Shown: piece by piece, positions 35,832 through 46,700 of the stretch
Position numbering within the stretch: position 1 is the stretch's first letter
Layout: every line of letters starts with the position of its first letter
Assembly (NCBI GenBank): GCA_002290555.1
Contig: NEUK01000060.1
Span: 2,225 to 66,224, forward strand
Reading direction: 5' to 3'
From: Spartobacteria bacterium AMD-G4
Lineage (GTDB): Bacteria > Verrucomicrobiota > Verrucomicrobiia > Chthoniobacterales > Terrimicrobiaceae
Length of the DNA: 64,000 nucleotides
Program-made: the position numbers and the translations under genes
The notes under the pieces: model-generated
Seen by the model: the letters and a program-made list of their open reading frames with translations, nothing else
Database searches by the model: none
What the model was told of the DNA's origin: nothing

Positions 35832-36463
35832 TACGCGAGTCTTTCGGAAATTTTTTGCAGGGCGCCACGCGTGACGATGATTTTGTCAAACGCAAGCAGG
35901 TGCTCGGTATTGACGTCTGCAGCCCGAGTGAGTTGAGCGGTGCTCACATTGCGGGCGGCCTTGAAGGTATTTTCATCGAAGCCTTCGGAGACGATCAGGG
36001 TCTTGCGAGCATTGGGAATAGCCTCGCGGAGAAGAGTGACAAAATTCTTTGTCTTTGGCTCTGCCACAACAAATACATCCACGAGGAGAACATCGCCAAG
36101 GGCGATACGGGCGCTGAGGGCTTTTCGCAAAGCGAGTTTCTTAACAGCCTTGGGAGTGTTCTTGGTGTAGTCGCGAGGAACTGGGCCGTGAGCGACGCCA
36201 CCACCAACCCACACCGGGCTTGAGAAATATCCAGCACGGGCGCGGCCGGTTCCCTTTTGACGCCAGGGTTTGCGACCTGAGAGGTTGACTTCCGCCTTGG
36301 TTTTCGCACATGCGGTTCCACTGCGGCGGGCAGCTTGAAGGGCTACGACGACATCGTGGACGGCTTGGTTGCCTTTGGCTTCATCTGTGATGAGTTCTAT
36401 TTTCGCCTCTGCGGCGTCTGCTGCTGTAAGAACGGTGGCGCTCATGATCAAAGTTTTTTGCAA
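35831..36463 (-). CDS. rplD: 50S ribosomal protein L4 (first gene of this cluster; no rplC or rpsJ upstream)
   Basis: AVHDVVVALQAARRSGTACAKTKAEVNLSGRKPWRQKGTGRARAGYFSSPVWVGGGVAHGPVPRDY... The start could also be the second Met (MSATVL...). Confidence 0.96.
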   Translation of the reverse strand: MQKTLIMSATVLTAADAAEAKIELITDEAKGNQAVHDVVVALQAARRSGTACAKTKAEVNLSGRKPWRQKGTGRARAGYFSSPVWVGGGVAHGPVPRDYTKNTPKAVKKLALRKALSARIALGDVLLVDVFVVAEPKTKNFVTLLREAIPNARKTLIVSEGFDENTFKAARNVSTAQLTRAADVNTEHLLAFDKIIVTRGALQKISERLA

Positions 36464-36712
36464 TCACAACAACTCGCTATCGCTCTGGTAGCGATTTCGG
36501 ATGGAGTGTATGTGTTGCTTTTCATGTTTGGTTTTTCCGCGGAGCATCTTGTTTCAAAGGGATGGAATCGTTTTTAGATTGTCGATCCACTCCCCCTCGA
36601 GGCTTTGCGGGAAGGGGGAAGCTACAGAGCATCGAAAAGTTGGCAAGCGAAAAAAGAAAAAAAAACCTGCATCCGACTCTGGGCCCCCAGTGACGAGTTT
36701 CACGCAGATACT

Positions 36713-37180
36713 TTAATATCGGAAATCCGGCCTAGAATCGGCGTCAGGCTCCATGTCCGATATGGGATGAAGAATGTCAACTGGCTCAGGCAGAGCTTCG
36801 ATCTCCGGCGTTAGTAAAGGGTGAGTCGCTTCATCATTTACAGCAACGAAGGCCCCTCGCTGAGAGGGCTTGCGGGTTGGCTTTGGCGAATCCAAAGGCG
36901 CAACAGGCGGCGCTGACGAAATGTCTTCGTTGGCAATGTAGCCCGCGCGGCCGTCGCTCATTTCCACGAAGCTGTAACCAAACTCACGGCGCAGCATCTT
37001 GACTCTTTCGCCACGATGAAGCGAGGCGTCTGGTCCTCGCTCTTGGCCGGGCCCAAGCTGGTAGACGAGCGCGTAGTCGGACTGCACTAAAAACTCTGGA
37101 GCTTTCGTTGGATCAAAACTCTCGGTCGCGCATCCCACCAACGAGGCAAGGAGGGGAATAAAAAGAAAAAAGGGTTTCAT
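36713..37180 (-). CDS. Lipoprotein with a bacterial SH3-like domain
   Basis: Lipobox MKPFFLFIPLLASLVGC. SH3_3-like segment YALVYQLGPGQERGPDASLHRGERVKMLRREFGYSFVEMSDGRAGYIANEDI. Confidence 0.75.
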   Translation of the reverse strand: MKPFFLFIPLLASLVGCATESFDPTKAPEFLVQSDYALVYQLGPGQERGPDASLHRGERVKMLRREFGYSFVEMSDGRAGYIANEDISSAPPVAPLDSPKPTRKPSQRGAFVAVNDEATHPLLTPEIEALPEPVDILHPISDMEPDADSRPDFRY

Positions 37181-37217
37181 CTTGGGTATGCGGACTGGAG
37201 TAAAATTTATTCAACGA

Positions 37218-38195
37218 TCATGAAACGCCAAATCTCAATTCCTCTTCGAAGTGGCAGACGACTTTGGGTGTCACCACGGCATTTCTCAAGATGGTGCCGC
37301 TCTCGATTTTTGTATCTGGCCAGACGATGACATTTTCCAGTCTTGCGCGCTCGCCCACTTCGGCACTCCCCGCGACTGCGGAGGCGCCTGTAATAACGGC
37401 GGAAGGATGAATTTGAGAACCGGCCTGAAGGGGCTCACACCATCCAGAGTCGAGATAGGAAAACGCGTGCTGGCCCTCGGCTAATAAGCGATGGACGTCC
37501 AAGTAGGAGGAGACATTGCCTATGTCAAACCACACGCCTTCATCGATGACCTCACCTCCCACGGTTGCGCCTTGGCGGATGAGGTCTACGAGGACAGGGA
37601 TAATGGAAACAACATTCCCTGCCGGGATGTGTGTAAAAATTTCCGGAGAGAAAACACTCACGCCTGTGAAAAGAAATGATGGATTCGCACATCCTCCGAT
37701 GAGACCCCGCATGTCGCTGATATGCCCCGTGGAGGGATCACACTGGATGCGCTTTTCTCCTCCAGAGGACCTCAGCGCGAGCGTCGCAATATTCCCAGAC
37801 CTGCGGTGGGCCTCGATCAGGGGTTCCAGCGGAAAGTCGGCGAGCACATCTCCATTGTAGACTAGGAATGGAGATCCGCCGATGAGGTCTGCCGCGTTTT
37901 TGATTCCTCCGCCGGTTTCTAAAAGCACAGGCTCATGTCGAAAAAAAACAGGGCGTCCGCGATATTCGGTGCCCCCGGAAACATCACCGAGCCATTGCGA
38001 GTAGGCCTCTGGACAATGATGCGTGTTTACCACGATGCGACTCACACCAACAGCCATCAGATGGTCAAAAGCAAAAGTGATAAGCGGCTTGTTAAAGATA
38101 GGCACAAGCGGCTTGGGCCGAAACTCAGTGAGCGGGCGAAGGCGGGTGCCTAGACCTGCCCCAAGCACGAAGGCGGTCGAGATGCCATTGTTCAA
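37218..38195 (-). CDS. Sugar-phosphate nucleotidyltransferase (NTP_transferase domain plus a left-handed beta-helix C-terminus)
   Basis: AFVLGAGLGTRLRPLTEFRPKPLVPIFNKPLITFAFDHL. The C-terminus has hexapeptide-like repeats (ITGASAVAGSAEVGERARLENVIVWPDTKIESGTIL). The sugar specificity cannot be determined from the sequence. Confidence 0.85.
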   Translation of the reverse strand: MNNGISTAFVLGAGLGTRLRPLTEFRPKPLVPIFNKPLITFAFDHLMAVGVSRIVVNTHHCPEAYSQWLGDVSGGTEYRGRPVFFRHEPVLLETGGGIKNAADLIGGSPFLVYNGDVLADFPLEPLIEAHRRSGNIATLALRSSGGEKRIQCDPSTGHISDMRGLIGGCANPSFLFTGVSVFSPEIFTHIPAGNVVSIIPVLVDLIRQGATVGGEVIDEGVWFDIGNVSSYLDVHRLLAEGQHAFSYLDSGWCEPLQAGSQIHPSAVITGASAVAGSAEVGERARLENVIVWPDTKIESGTILRNAVVTPKVVCHFEEELRFGVS

Positions 38196-38219
38196 CCCCC
38201 TACCCCCTTACCAAGAAAA

Positions 38220-38687
38220 TCAGGCTTCATTTTTAACGAAAAAGCGCATCGGCTGCATGTTGCTTTCGACGAATCCGTGCTTGAGATAAAATTTTCGCAT
38301 TTCCTCGGGATTGTCAGTGAGGAGCGTAATGCGCAGAAATTTTTTCTCACGAGCAAACCCTATGGCGTGCTCCAAGAGGCGCGACCCGTAGCCGCTTCCA
38401 CGATGCTCGCGGTGCACCACCAGGTCTTCCAGCACAAGCACGAATCCCCCCTCTGCCGTGCTGATAGTGATGAGAAGATTGATCATTCCGATGATCATCC
38501 TTTCATTGCGGAGAACGAAAATCCGCCCCCTTGCGGGCTGCTCCAAAATCAAGCGCAGGCCGCGCATTTGTTTTTCCGGGTCGGGTTGGAAGTCTGCTTC
38601 TTGCTGGAACAGGTCGCGGAGGAGATCAGTCAACTCGGGCAGGTCGTCCAAGGTCGCGGGTTCGATTCGGAGATCGGGCATGGGCAA
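38220..38687 (-). CDS. GNAT-family N-acetyltransferase
   Basis: LEDLVVHREHRGSGYGSRLLEHAIGFAREKKFLRITLLTD...FYLKHGF (acetyl-CoA binding motif A). Confidence 0.88.
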   Translation of the reverse strand: MPMPDLRIEPATLDDLPELTDLLRDLFQQEADFQPDPEKQMRGLRLILEQPARGRIFVLRNERMIIGMINLLITISTAEGGFVLVLEDLVVHREHRGSGYGSRLLEHAIGFAREKKFLRITLLTDNPEEMRKFYLKHGFVESNMQPMRFFVKNEA

Positions 38688-38732
38688 TTTATCTCACACC
38701 AACTCCACCCAGGCAACCCGCGAGCGGTGAAA

Positions 38733-40448
38733 TCAGCGCCCAAATTTACGGTCTAACTCACCGAACGACCATTGGATCATGGTAGGGCGGCCTTGGGGGC
38801 AGGCATAGGGCAACTCGCATTTGAGCAACTCCCGCACGAGACGCCGTGCGCGGGATTCCTCATAGTCGAAGCCATTCATTGCCGCGATGCGCGAGACAGA
38901 GCGCACGAGAGCATCAAGCACGGGTTGGCCCGAGCCGAGAAGACCGGTCGAGCGCAGTGTTTCGCACACATCGAGCAAGGCCACACGGACATCCCGTTCC
39001 GCAAGGCAGCTGGGTAGGCCCTCGACTTTAAAGGAGGAACCCCCGAAGGCCTCGACGGAAAATCCAGATTTCTGCAGAGCGTCCAGATTTGCAGAAATCC
39101 ACACCGCGTCCCTAGGCATGAGCTCGACGATTTCGGGCAGCAGGAGGCGCTGCGAGGATACATGGCCCCGAGCGACCTCGCGGCGGAGGCTTTCAAAAAG
39201 AATTCGCTCCGACGCTGCTCGCGCATCGAGTAGCACAAGCCCCTCCGCCCCCTCCATGAGAATCCAGCGACCGCCAAGACCTTCAAGAAGACGAAAGGCG
39301 TCCTCCTCCACAGCGCGCTCAGGCTGGGGCAGGGAAGGCAAATCCATCTGAGGTGGCGGGGAAAATGAGGAACGGGACGGGTGATAAGGAGGCGGCTCGG
39401 TCTTTACTTCATTCTGGGCCATCAGTGGTTCTTTCGGCGCGGACTCGACGGGTGTCCGAAATGCATCCAGAGCCCGCTTGGCGGCCGCATAAACTACCTG
39501 GCGAAGCAGATCAGGCCGATGCAGTCGCACCTCTCGCTTGGCGGGATGCACATTACAATCGAAAGACAGTGGATCCATGGAGACCTTTAAAACGGCCAGT
39601 GGATGCCGACCTTTCGGCAGGGCCTCCGCATAGGCTTCGCGGAGCGATTGAAAAACCGCTGGGCATTGAACCACACGCCGGTTGAGAACCACAAACTGCA
39701 ATTCCCGGTCGGGTCTCCCCTCCCCAGGTTTCGCCACAAAACCCTCGATGCGGATCCCGTGTTCCTCGATCGGTTGAACTGGCATGAGGCGCCCCACGAA
39801 ATCCGCCCCGAAAAGGTCGCGGATCCGCACCTTTTGCTCCTCTGTGGCGGCAGCTTGCCAGACAGTTCGTCCATCGCGCACAAGCGTCATAGCAACGCTG
39901 GGATGTGCAAGGGCGAGCGACTGCATCTGGTGCAAAATGTGTGCCGCCTCGGTCTCCTCACCGCGAAGAAATTTTTTCCGCGCTGGCAGATTGAAGAATA
40001 GGGATCTCACTTCCACCGATGTTCCTGGAGCACACCCGCTGTCCGACACCGACTCCATTTTCCCGCCGGCTATTTGAATTTCCGTTCCCGCCGCATCATC
40101 GACGGGGCGCGTCACCAAACAGAATCTGGAGACGCTCGCGATGCTTGGCACCGCCTCTCCACGAAATCCCATGGTGCCTACATCCGCCAAGTCCGTAGCC
40201 GTCCGGATTTTGCTCGTAGCATGCCGCTCCAAGCTCAGCAATGCGTCCTCGCGGTCCATGCCCGAGCCGTCGTCTTCGACCCGAATCAACTGGGTGCCGC
40301 CCCGCGCAAATTCCACGCGTATTCGCCGCGCACCGGCATCAATACTGTTCTCAACGAGTTCCTTCACCACCGAAGCCGGGCGCTCCACGACCTCGCCCGC
40401 CGCGACTTGGCTGGCAACTTCGTCTGTGAGCAGGCGGATCTTTCCCAT
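38733..40448 (-). CDS. mutL: DNA mismatch repair protein MutL
   Basis: MGKIRLLTDEVASQVAAGEVVERPASVVKELVENSIDAGARRIRVEF...GGTQLIRVEDDGSGM...TMGFRGEA. The C-terminal domain carries DARAASERILFE and ACPQGRP. Confidence 0.95.
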   Translation of the reverse strand: MGKIRLLTDEVASQVAAGEVVERPASVVKELVENSIDAGARRIRVEFARGGTQLIRVEDDGSGMDREDALLSLERHATSKIRTATDLADVGTMGFRGEAVPSIASVSRFCLVTRPVDDAAGTEIQIAGGKMESVSDSGCAPGTSVEVRSLFFNLPARKKFLRGEETEAAHILHQMQSLALAHPSVAMTLVRDGRTVWQAAATEEQKVRIRDLFGADFVGRLMPVQPIEEHGIRIEGFVAKPGEGRPDRELQFVVLNRRVVQCPAVFQSLREAYAEALPKGRHPLAVLKVSMDPLSFDCNVHPAKREVRLHRPDLLRQVVYAAAKRALDAFRTPVESAPKEPLMAQNEVKTEPPPYHPSRSSFSPPPQMDLPSLPQPERAVEEDAFRLLEGLGGRWILMEGAEGLVLLDARAASERILFESLRREVARGHVSSQRLLLPEIVELMPRDAVWISANLDALQKSGFSVEAFGGSSFKVEGLPSCLAERDVRVALLDVCETLRSTGLLGSGQPVLDALVRSVSRIAAMNGFDYEESRARRLVRELLKCELPYACPQGRPTMIQWSFGELDRKFGR

Positions 40449-40488
40449 GTCGTTTGACTTTGCACGGATTCATTCATAAGAAAAGAGC

Positions 40489-40824
40489 GTGATCACTCTC
40501 ACGGACCAAGCGGCTCTTGCCCTGCTGGACCTGATTACCTCTAAAGGTTCAGGGGAAGGACTGCGTCTCGCCGTCGAAAAAGGCGGTTGCGCCGGCCTCC
40601 AGTATGTCATGGAAATTGACTGCGCCCGCCCCTCGGATGTCACTATCGAGCACTTGGGGGCGAAGGTTTTTATCGATCCAGAGAGCGCCGAAAAACTGGC
40701 TGGATCATCATTGGACTACGAGGACGGCCTATCCGGCGCTGGTTTCCGTATCCGCAATCCCCATGCCACGCGTTCCTGTGGTTGTGGCACATCCTTCGAA
40801 CCCGCTGCAGCCGCCGAGGCCTAA
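40489..40824 (+). CDS. HesB/IscA-family iron-sulfur cluster insertion protein
   Basis: [20 protein letters not shown]...[19 protein letters not shown]...[22 protein letters not shown] start at 40489. Confidence 0.9.
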   Translation: MITLTDQAALALLDLITSKGSGEGLRLAVEKGGCAGLQYVMEIDCARPSDVTIEHLGAKVFIDPESAEKLAGSSLDYEDGLSGAGFRIRNPHATRSCGCGTSFEPAAAAEA

Positions 40825-40829
40825 GCAAA

Positions 40830-42299
40830 ATGCCGCAAAATCCGGAAACAAAAAATAGCCGCGCTTGGTTTAAAGATCCCGACTCCGACCCATCCAAGCC
40901 AGCGCGCAAAGATGAGAGTGGCCTTTTTGGATGGACGATACTCATCTTGGTATTCATCGGCATCGCTATTGTTTGCTGGATCGGAAGCTTCTATGTTTTC
41001 GGCCATCCGGAAAAGCCCTTTAGCCACGGAATCCTGACCAAGCTCAAAAAAATCGAGACCCCCAAGCGCTTCGAACTCACCGAGGCCCCTCGCGGGGAAT
41101 TCCTCCGTGCTCAACAGATCATGGAGCGCTACGGGAAAATGAAACCCCGCCAACTTGAACGAACGAATGACATCCTCATTCGTAATTACATTCGCAACTT
41201 CAAGCTCGCAGAAGGACTCGTCCCCTATGTGCTCGGCACATTCAACATCCTTGATTCCTTTGAGCTTTCCGAGAGCGATTACTTCCCGTCGGGCGTTGCC
41301 GCGCTGGCCGTTTCAAAAGACGACCCACGCCTGTTGGTCGAGCAAATTTTCTCCTCAGGCAAACGGATCATTCCCATACTCCACCGCACGCTCCTCACCG
41401 GCCTCGACATTGATCTGAAGCGTGAGAACGAATTGGCAGCCATCATCCATATTGAACGCCTCAAGGACGGCAGACTCAAGCTGACCACGGTTTCGATCAT
41501 GTATCCCAGCTATGAGTCGGCAGGCTCGGATGGGACATTCACCCTCGAACCTCCGACGATGCTCAATGTTCACGCTGGGCTTCCTGTGATCGATGCCACC
41601 CGGCAGGCCGAGGCAGATGCGAAATATGATCACTTCCGCAAGAAAGCACGCCTTACCGCCACAAAAAAACAAGAGCCCAAACCTGAGGATGCGGACGCTG
41701 CCAAAGCCCGACTCATGCGCGTCGAGAAGCCGTTGCCCGCATCCACACCGGGCCCGACTCCTGTTGCCACACCCGCTCTTTTCGCCTCGGCAGAGCCCTC
41801 TCCCACTCCTACATCCACCCCATTACCCACCCCCTTGCCGTCACCCTCGGCAAAGCCCTCGCCTTCCGCCACCCCCACACCTTCGCCCTCTCCTTCGCCC
41901 ACGCCCACGCCCGAGATTCCGAAAGCCATAGCGGCGGCGGGTTCCAAAAACTGGGCAGTCTACGAGCAGGGGCGCATGCCGAGAGGACGACTTGTCGCTC
42001 CTGGGGAACTCTCGGACATTGCCAAAAAAGGCACCGGCGGGGAGAGAATCTATTTGCAGGGCAGTTTCAATGTCACGGCTGCCGGCAGCGACCGTGCCGT
42101 CATGCGCGCCCCGCAGCGCGGCTTTGGGGCACGCACGGACAACATCCGCATCATCGTTCAATACCCGAGCGGCATGACCGCCCCAGCGGATGGCTCCTCC
42201 GTCTCGCGCGATGCACGGCGCCCGTTCCAGGTCATGGATGTGAAGGAAAGCCCCGGTGGCCAGATCAATGTCTATGTCCGCGAGGTCACCAAGCCTTAG
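40830..42299 (+). CDS. Hypothetical single-pass membrane protein with a Pro/Ser/Thr-rich linker
   Basis: From the ATG at 40830: [16 protein letters not shown]...[28 protein letters not shown] (TM segment). The linker is [62 protein letters not shown] recognise no family. Confidence 0.65.
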   Translation: MPQNPETKNSRAWFKDPDSDPSKPARKDESGLFGWTILILVFIGIAIVCWIGSFYVFGHPEKPFSHGILTKLKKIETPKRFELTEAPRGEFLRAQQIMERYGKMKPRQLERTNDILIRNYIRNFKLAEGLVPYVLGTFNILDSFELSESDYFPSGVAALAVSKDDPRLLVEQIFSSGKRIIPILHRTLLTGLDIDLKRENELAAIIHIERLKDGRLKLTTVSIMYPSYESAGSDGTFTLEPPTMLNVHAGLPVIDATRQAEADAKYDHFRKKARLTATKKQEPKPEDADAAKARLMRVEKPLPASTPGPTPVATPALFASAEPSPTPTSTPLPTPLPSPSAKPSPSATPTPSPSPSPTPTPEIPKAIAAAGSKNWAVYEQGRMPRGRLVAPGELSDIAKKGTGGERIYLQGSFNVTAAGSDRAVMRAPQRGFGARTDNIRIIVQYPSGMTAPADGSSVSRDARRPFQVMDVKESPGGQINVYVREVTKP

Positions 42300-43500
42300 C
42301 GACCGCATCCGGCAGGAAATCGAAACGCGGGGCCCCATGGCCTTCTCTCGTTTTATGGATCTCGCACTCTATGATCCGCTCGAGGGCTACTATGCATCAG
42401 ACCGTGCCGCCGTGGGCCGCGAGGGCGATTTCTTCACCAGCGTGAGCATTGGCCCTGTCTTTGGCGCAGCGCTGGCGGGGCAGTTTTTGGAAATGTGGGA
42501 GGCTTTGGGGCGTCCGCCGGAGTTCCGTCTTGTCGAGCAGGGGGCGAACGATGGCCGGCTTTCAAACGACATCCTCTCCGCTCTTTCGCAGACGCCTCTG
42601 GCGGGGGTCCCCCTGACAATCATCGAGCCGATTTCCCTTCTGCGTGAAAAACAGGCCTCCACACTCGCGGAGTGGAATGTCAGTTGGGTCGAAAAACCAG
42701 AGAACCTCTCCGAATTCGTGGGAGTCCATTTTTCCAACGAGCTTTTCGACGCCCTGCCGTTCGATATTCTTGAGGCGCGCGAAGGTGGCTGGCATGAAGT
42801 CCAGGTGCACGCGGACGAAGCCGGTTTTTCCTTCAAAACCTCCCCTCATCCTCTCGCGAACACCGGCCTGCCCGAGCGCCCCGAGGGCTTTCGGGCCGAG
42901 CTCCGCCGCCACCAGCGCGAATTGCTGGAATCCGTCTCCGCCCGCATGAGTCGGGGTTTTCTTCTTGCCATCGACTATGGAATGTCGCAGAGCGAACTCC
43001 TCTTGCCACACCGCCGCGGAGGTACGCTTGCCTGCTACTCACAGCACCGCCGCGACGAGGCTCCGCTTGATTTTCCCGGCGAAAAGGACATCACGGCCCA
43101 TGTCGATTTCTCCGCACTCGCCAGAGATGCCGCCGCTTGCGCTCTGGCGCTCGAAGGCTACACCGACCAGCACCACTTCCTCGTCGGCGCGTCGACCGGA
43201 CTCCTTAAATCCCTCGATGGCGCCGCGCCGACTCCCTCCACACTCAAAATCCTGCGCTCACTCCGCACCCTGCTGCATCCCGAGACCATGGGAACGCAGT
43301 TCAAAGCGATCTTATTTTCAAAAAACACACCACCCGCCAAGTGTCTCTCGGGCTTCCAACACGCGGGCGATTGCGACTTTCTTCTAGCTCAAGTCGAACT
43401 CAGAAAAGACATGCCGTTCGCGATAACAGCAAATCCCGAACCATTGCTCACAACCGCCGAGCAGGGCAAATCGTGGGAGGCGGCTCTTCGCGAGTGTTGA
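42268..43500 (+). CDS. Class I SAM-dependent methyltransferase, MidA/NDUFAF7-like (DUF185/COG1565)
   Basis: [31 protein letters not shown]...[46 protein letters not shown]...[10 protein letters not shown]...DYG...[12 protein letters not shown]. The start is ambiguous (42256, 42268 or 42274). Confidence 0.85.
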   Translation: MSMSARSPSLSDRIRQEIETRGPMAFSRFMDLALYDPLEGYYASDRAAVGREGDFFTSVSIGPVFGAALAGQFLEMWEALGRPPEFRLVEQGANDGRLSNDILSALSQTPLAGVPLTIIEPISLLREKQASTLAEWNVSWVEKPENLSEFVGVHFSNELFDALPFDILEAREGGWHEVQVHADEAGFSFKTSPHPLANTGLPERPEGFRAELRRHQRELLESVSARMSRGFLLAIDYGMSQSELLLPHRRGGTLACYSQHRRDEAPLDFPGEKDITAHVDFSALARDAAACALALEGYTDQHHFLVGASTGLLKSLDGAAPTPSTLKILRSLRTLLHPETMGTQFKAILFSKNTPPAKCLSGFQHAGDCDFLLAQVELRKDMPFAITANPEPLLTTAEQGKSWEAALREC

Positions 43501-43710
43501 TGCCAACGCCGGGGAGGTTTGGGCTGCTGATTTCAGCACTGCCGCGAAGCAACGGCCAGTTCTTGTTTTGGCATTTCCCCAGCCCTCTGATACGCGTGCC
43601 TTGGTCGTATTGGGTAAGCTGAACGCCCCCCGACCAACTGGAGTCGGTGAAGGATGCGGTGAGGGATTTATTGGGGTCTGTAGCTTGGCAGCGAAAGCCG
43701 CGACTGCCTC

Positions 43711-46700
43711 TTATTTCGCAGGAGGCTCGGGCGTTTCCGCGGGTTTGTGGTCGCTGCCAACGAAATATTTTTCCACGATGTAGAAGCAGGCCGGGATGAG
43801 GAAGATCGAGAGGAAGGTGGCCGCGAGCATTCCGCCAATGACCGTTGTGCCGAGGACCTGCCGGCTCACAGCTCCCGATCCGCTGGCGAGCGCGAGCGGA
43901 ATGGTGCCGAGGATGAAGGCGAAGGCGGTCATGAGGATCGGACGCAAGCGAAGGCGCGCGCCGGCGATCGTGGCTTCGAAGAGGGGCGTTCCTTTTTCGT
44001 ATTCATCCTTCGCGAATTCCACGATCAGGATGGCATTTTTCGCGGCGAGGCCGATGAGCATCACGAGGCCGATCTGGGCGTAGAGGTTGTTCTGCATGCC
44101 ACGCATGGAGAGTCCGGCGAAAGCGCCGAAAACGGCGACAGGTGTTGTGAACAGCACACTGAAAGGCAGGCTCCAGCTCTCGTATTGTGCGGCGAGGATG
44201 AGAAACACGAAGAGCAATGAGAGCGCGAAAATCGCACTCGGAGGCACTCCTTGGGCCGCGAGGTTTTCTTGGTATGACATGCCGAAGTAGTCGTAGCCCA
44301 TGCCACTCGGCATGGTTTCGCGGAAGACCTCCTCCATGGCGTTCATCGCCTGCGCGGTGGAGTAGCCCGGAGCCACGGAAGCGTTGATCTGCGAGGCGCG
44401 GAACATGTTGTATCTCATTGTGAATTCCGGACCGTAGGACTCCGAGGCCGTGATGAAAGAGTTCACCGGCACGGCTTCCTTTTTGTCGTTGGAAATATAA
44501 AACATTCCCAAATTGTCGAGGTCTGTTCGGTATTCGCCCTCTGCCTGCACATAGACCTGCCACTGGAGGCCGAATCGGTTGAAATAATTCACAAAATAAC
44601 CACCGAGGAATGTCTGCACGGTCTGGTAGGCATCGGTGAGGTTCACGCCTTGGATCATGGCTTGGGCCTCATCCACCGAGAGGTGGATTTGCGGCACATC
44701 CCAGAGTGATGTCGTGAAGAGAGTGGTCAATTCCGGGCGGGCCTTGAGAGCGGTCATGAACTTCTGGGTGTTGGAGGCGATGAACTCCACCGGACCACCT
44801 GTGCGGTCCTCGAGCATGAATGTCACTCCACCCGCCGTGCCGATGCCTGGAATCGCGGGCGGAGGAAAGGCGAACGCGGCCGTGGGATTAGCGAGTGCGG
44901 CGAGTTCCTTGTTGATATTCGCTTGGATGGCGCCGACCTGGAGTTCCGGCGTCTTGCGTTTCGACCATTCCTCGAGGGTGATAAAAAAGAACCCCGTGTA
45001 GGTGCTCGTGACGGTGCTCAGGAGGTTGAAGCCGATGATCGAGGTCACATACTGGACGCCTGGAGTCTTCAAAAGCAGCTGCTCGATGCGTTCAGAAGCC
45101 TCGGTTGTTTGCTGCAGGGACGATGCCCGTGGAAGTTGGACCACACCGAAAAGATAGCCTTGGTCTTCCTCGGGAATAAACGCGGTGGGCATGGTGCTGC
45201 CGATGCCGCCTGCCCCGAGCGTCAGCGCCACAAGAAGAAGTATGGCAATCGCAATCTTGCGAATCAGCCCTCGGCAGATGGCAACATAGCCATTTGTTGC
45301 GGTGTCGAAAAGTTTGTTGAAGCCCCGGAAGAACGCTCCCAGCGGTCCGCGTGTCTCTTTGCGAGGGCGGAGGAGGAGCGCGCCTAGCGCAGGGCTGAGC
45401 GAGAGGGCGTTGAAGGCCGAGATGAGCACAGACACCGCCATGGTCACGGCGAACTGCTGATACATCGCACCGGTGATGCCGGGAATGAAAACTGTCGGAA
45501 TGAACACCGCCGCGAGAATGAGCGCGATGGCGATCACGGGTCCGGACACCTGCGACATGGCCTTGAAGGCGGCATCCCTCGGACTCAACCCCTCCTCGAT
45601 ATGCGACTCGATGGCTTCGACCACAACGATGGCATCATCCACCACCAGGCCGATGGCCAGCACCATGCCGAAAAGCGAGAGGGTATTAATCGAAAAACCA
45701 AGCATCGGGAAGAGCGCAAAGGTGCCGATGAGGGAAACCGGAACGGCGATGAGCGGAATGAGGGTTGCCCGCCAACCTTGGAGGAAAATGAAGACGACGA
45801 GTATGACGAGTGCCATGGCCTCGAAGAGCGTCTTGATGATTTCCTGGATGCCATCGGTGATGGCGAGGGTGGTATCGAGGGCAACCGTGTATTGGAGCCC
45901 GGCGGGAAATTGCTTCGACTGCTGCTCGAAGAATTCCCGCATTTGCTTCATGGTGTCCACCGCATTCGAGCCGGGCAGCTGGTAGACGGCGATGATGGCC
46001 GCATTCTGGCCCTGGAAGCGCCCGCGAATGTTGTAAACTTGGCCACCGAGTTCAACGCGGGCGACATCCTTGATTCTTACAATCGAACCGTCTGGATTGG
46101 CACGAACAACGATATTTTCAAACTCCTCGGCCGTGGTGAGGCGCCCGGTAGTGGTGACGGTGAAAGTGAAAACCTGTCCTTGGGGAACCGGCTCGCCTCC
46201 GATCTGTCCTGCCGGGTTCACTTTGTTCTGCGCGCTGACCGCCTGGATCACTTCCGGAACTGTGATATTGAGAGTGGCGAGGCGGTCGGGCTTCACCCAG
46301 ATACGCATCGCGTATTCGCCAGCGCCGAAGATACTCACGCTGCCGACGCCAGGGATACGGGTGAGCGGATCGTTGATGTTGATGTAGGCGTAGTTCGCCA
46401 AAAAGGTGGGATCGAACTCCCCGCTGGGCGAGGAGAGAATGAAAACGCCGAGGGGTGAGGAGAGGGCCTGCTGGACCGTGACGCCGTAGTTTTTCACCTC
46501 CGCTGGAAGCTGCGAGGCGGCCTGCGTCTGCCTCATCTGGGCGAGAATCTGATCTGTGGTCGGCTCGGTATCCGTGCCGAAAATGACATTCAGGTTCATA
46601 ATGCCGGAGTTGGCATTGATGGAATACATGTATTCCATGCCCTCGACGCCGCTCATCTGCTGCTCGATGGGCGTGGCGACGGATTGCTCGACCGTGAGGG

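Noticed and set aside
38656-38670. gcgggttcgattcgg, which resembles a tRNA T-arm/T-loop
   Set aside because: The 3' half does not complement the 5' half (cccgc would be needed), no acceptor or anticodon arms surround it, and it lies inside the GNAT coding sequence.
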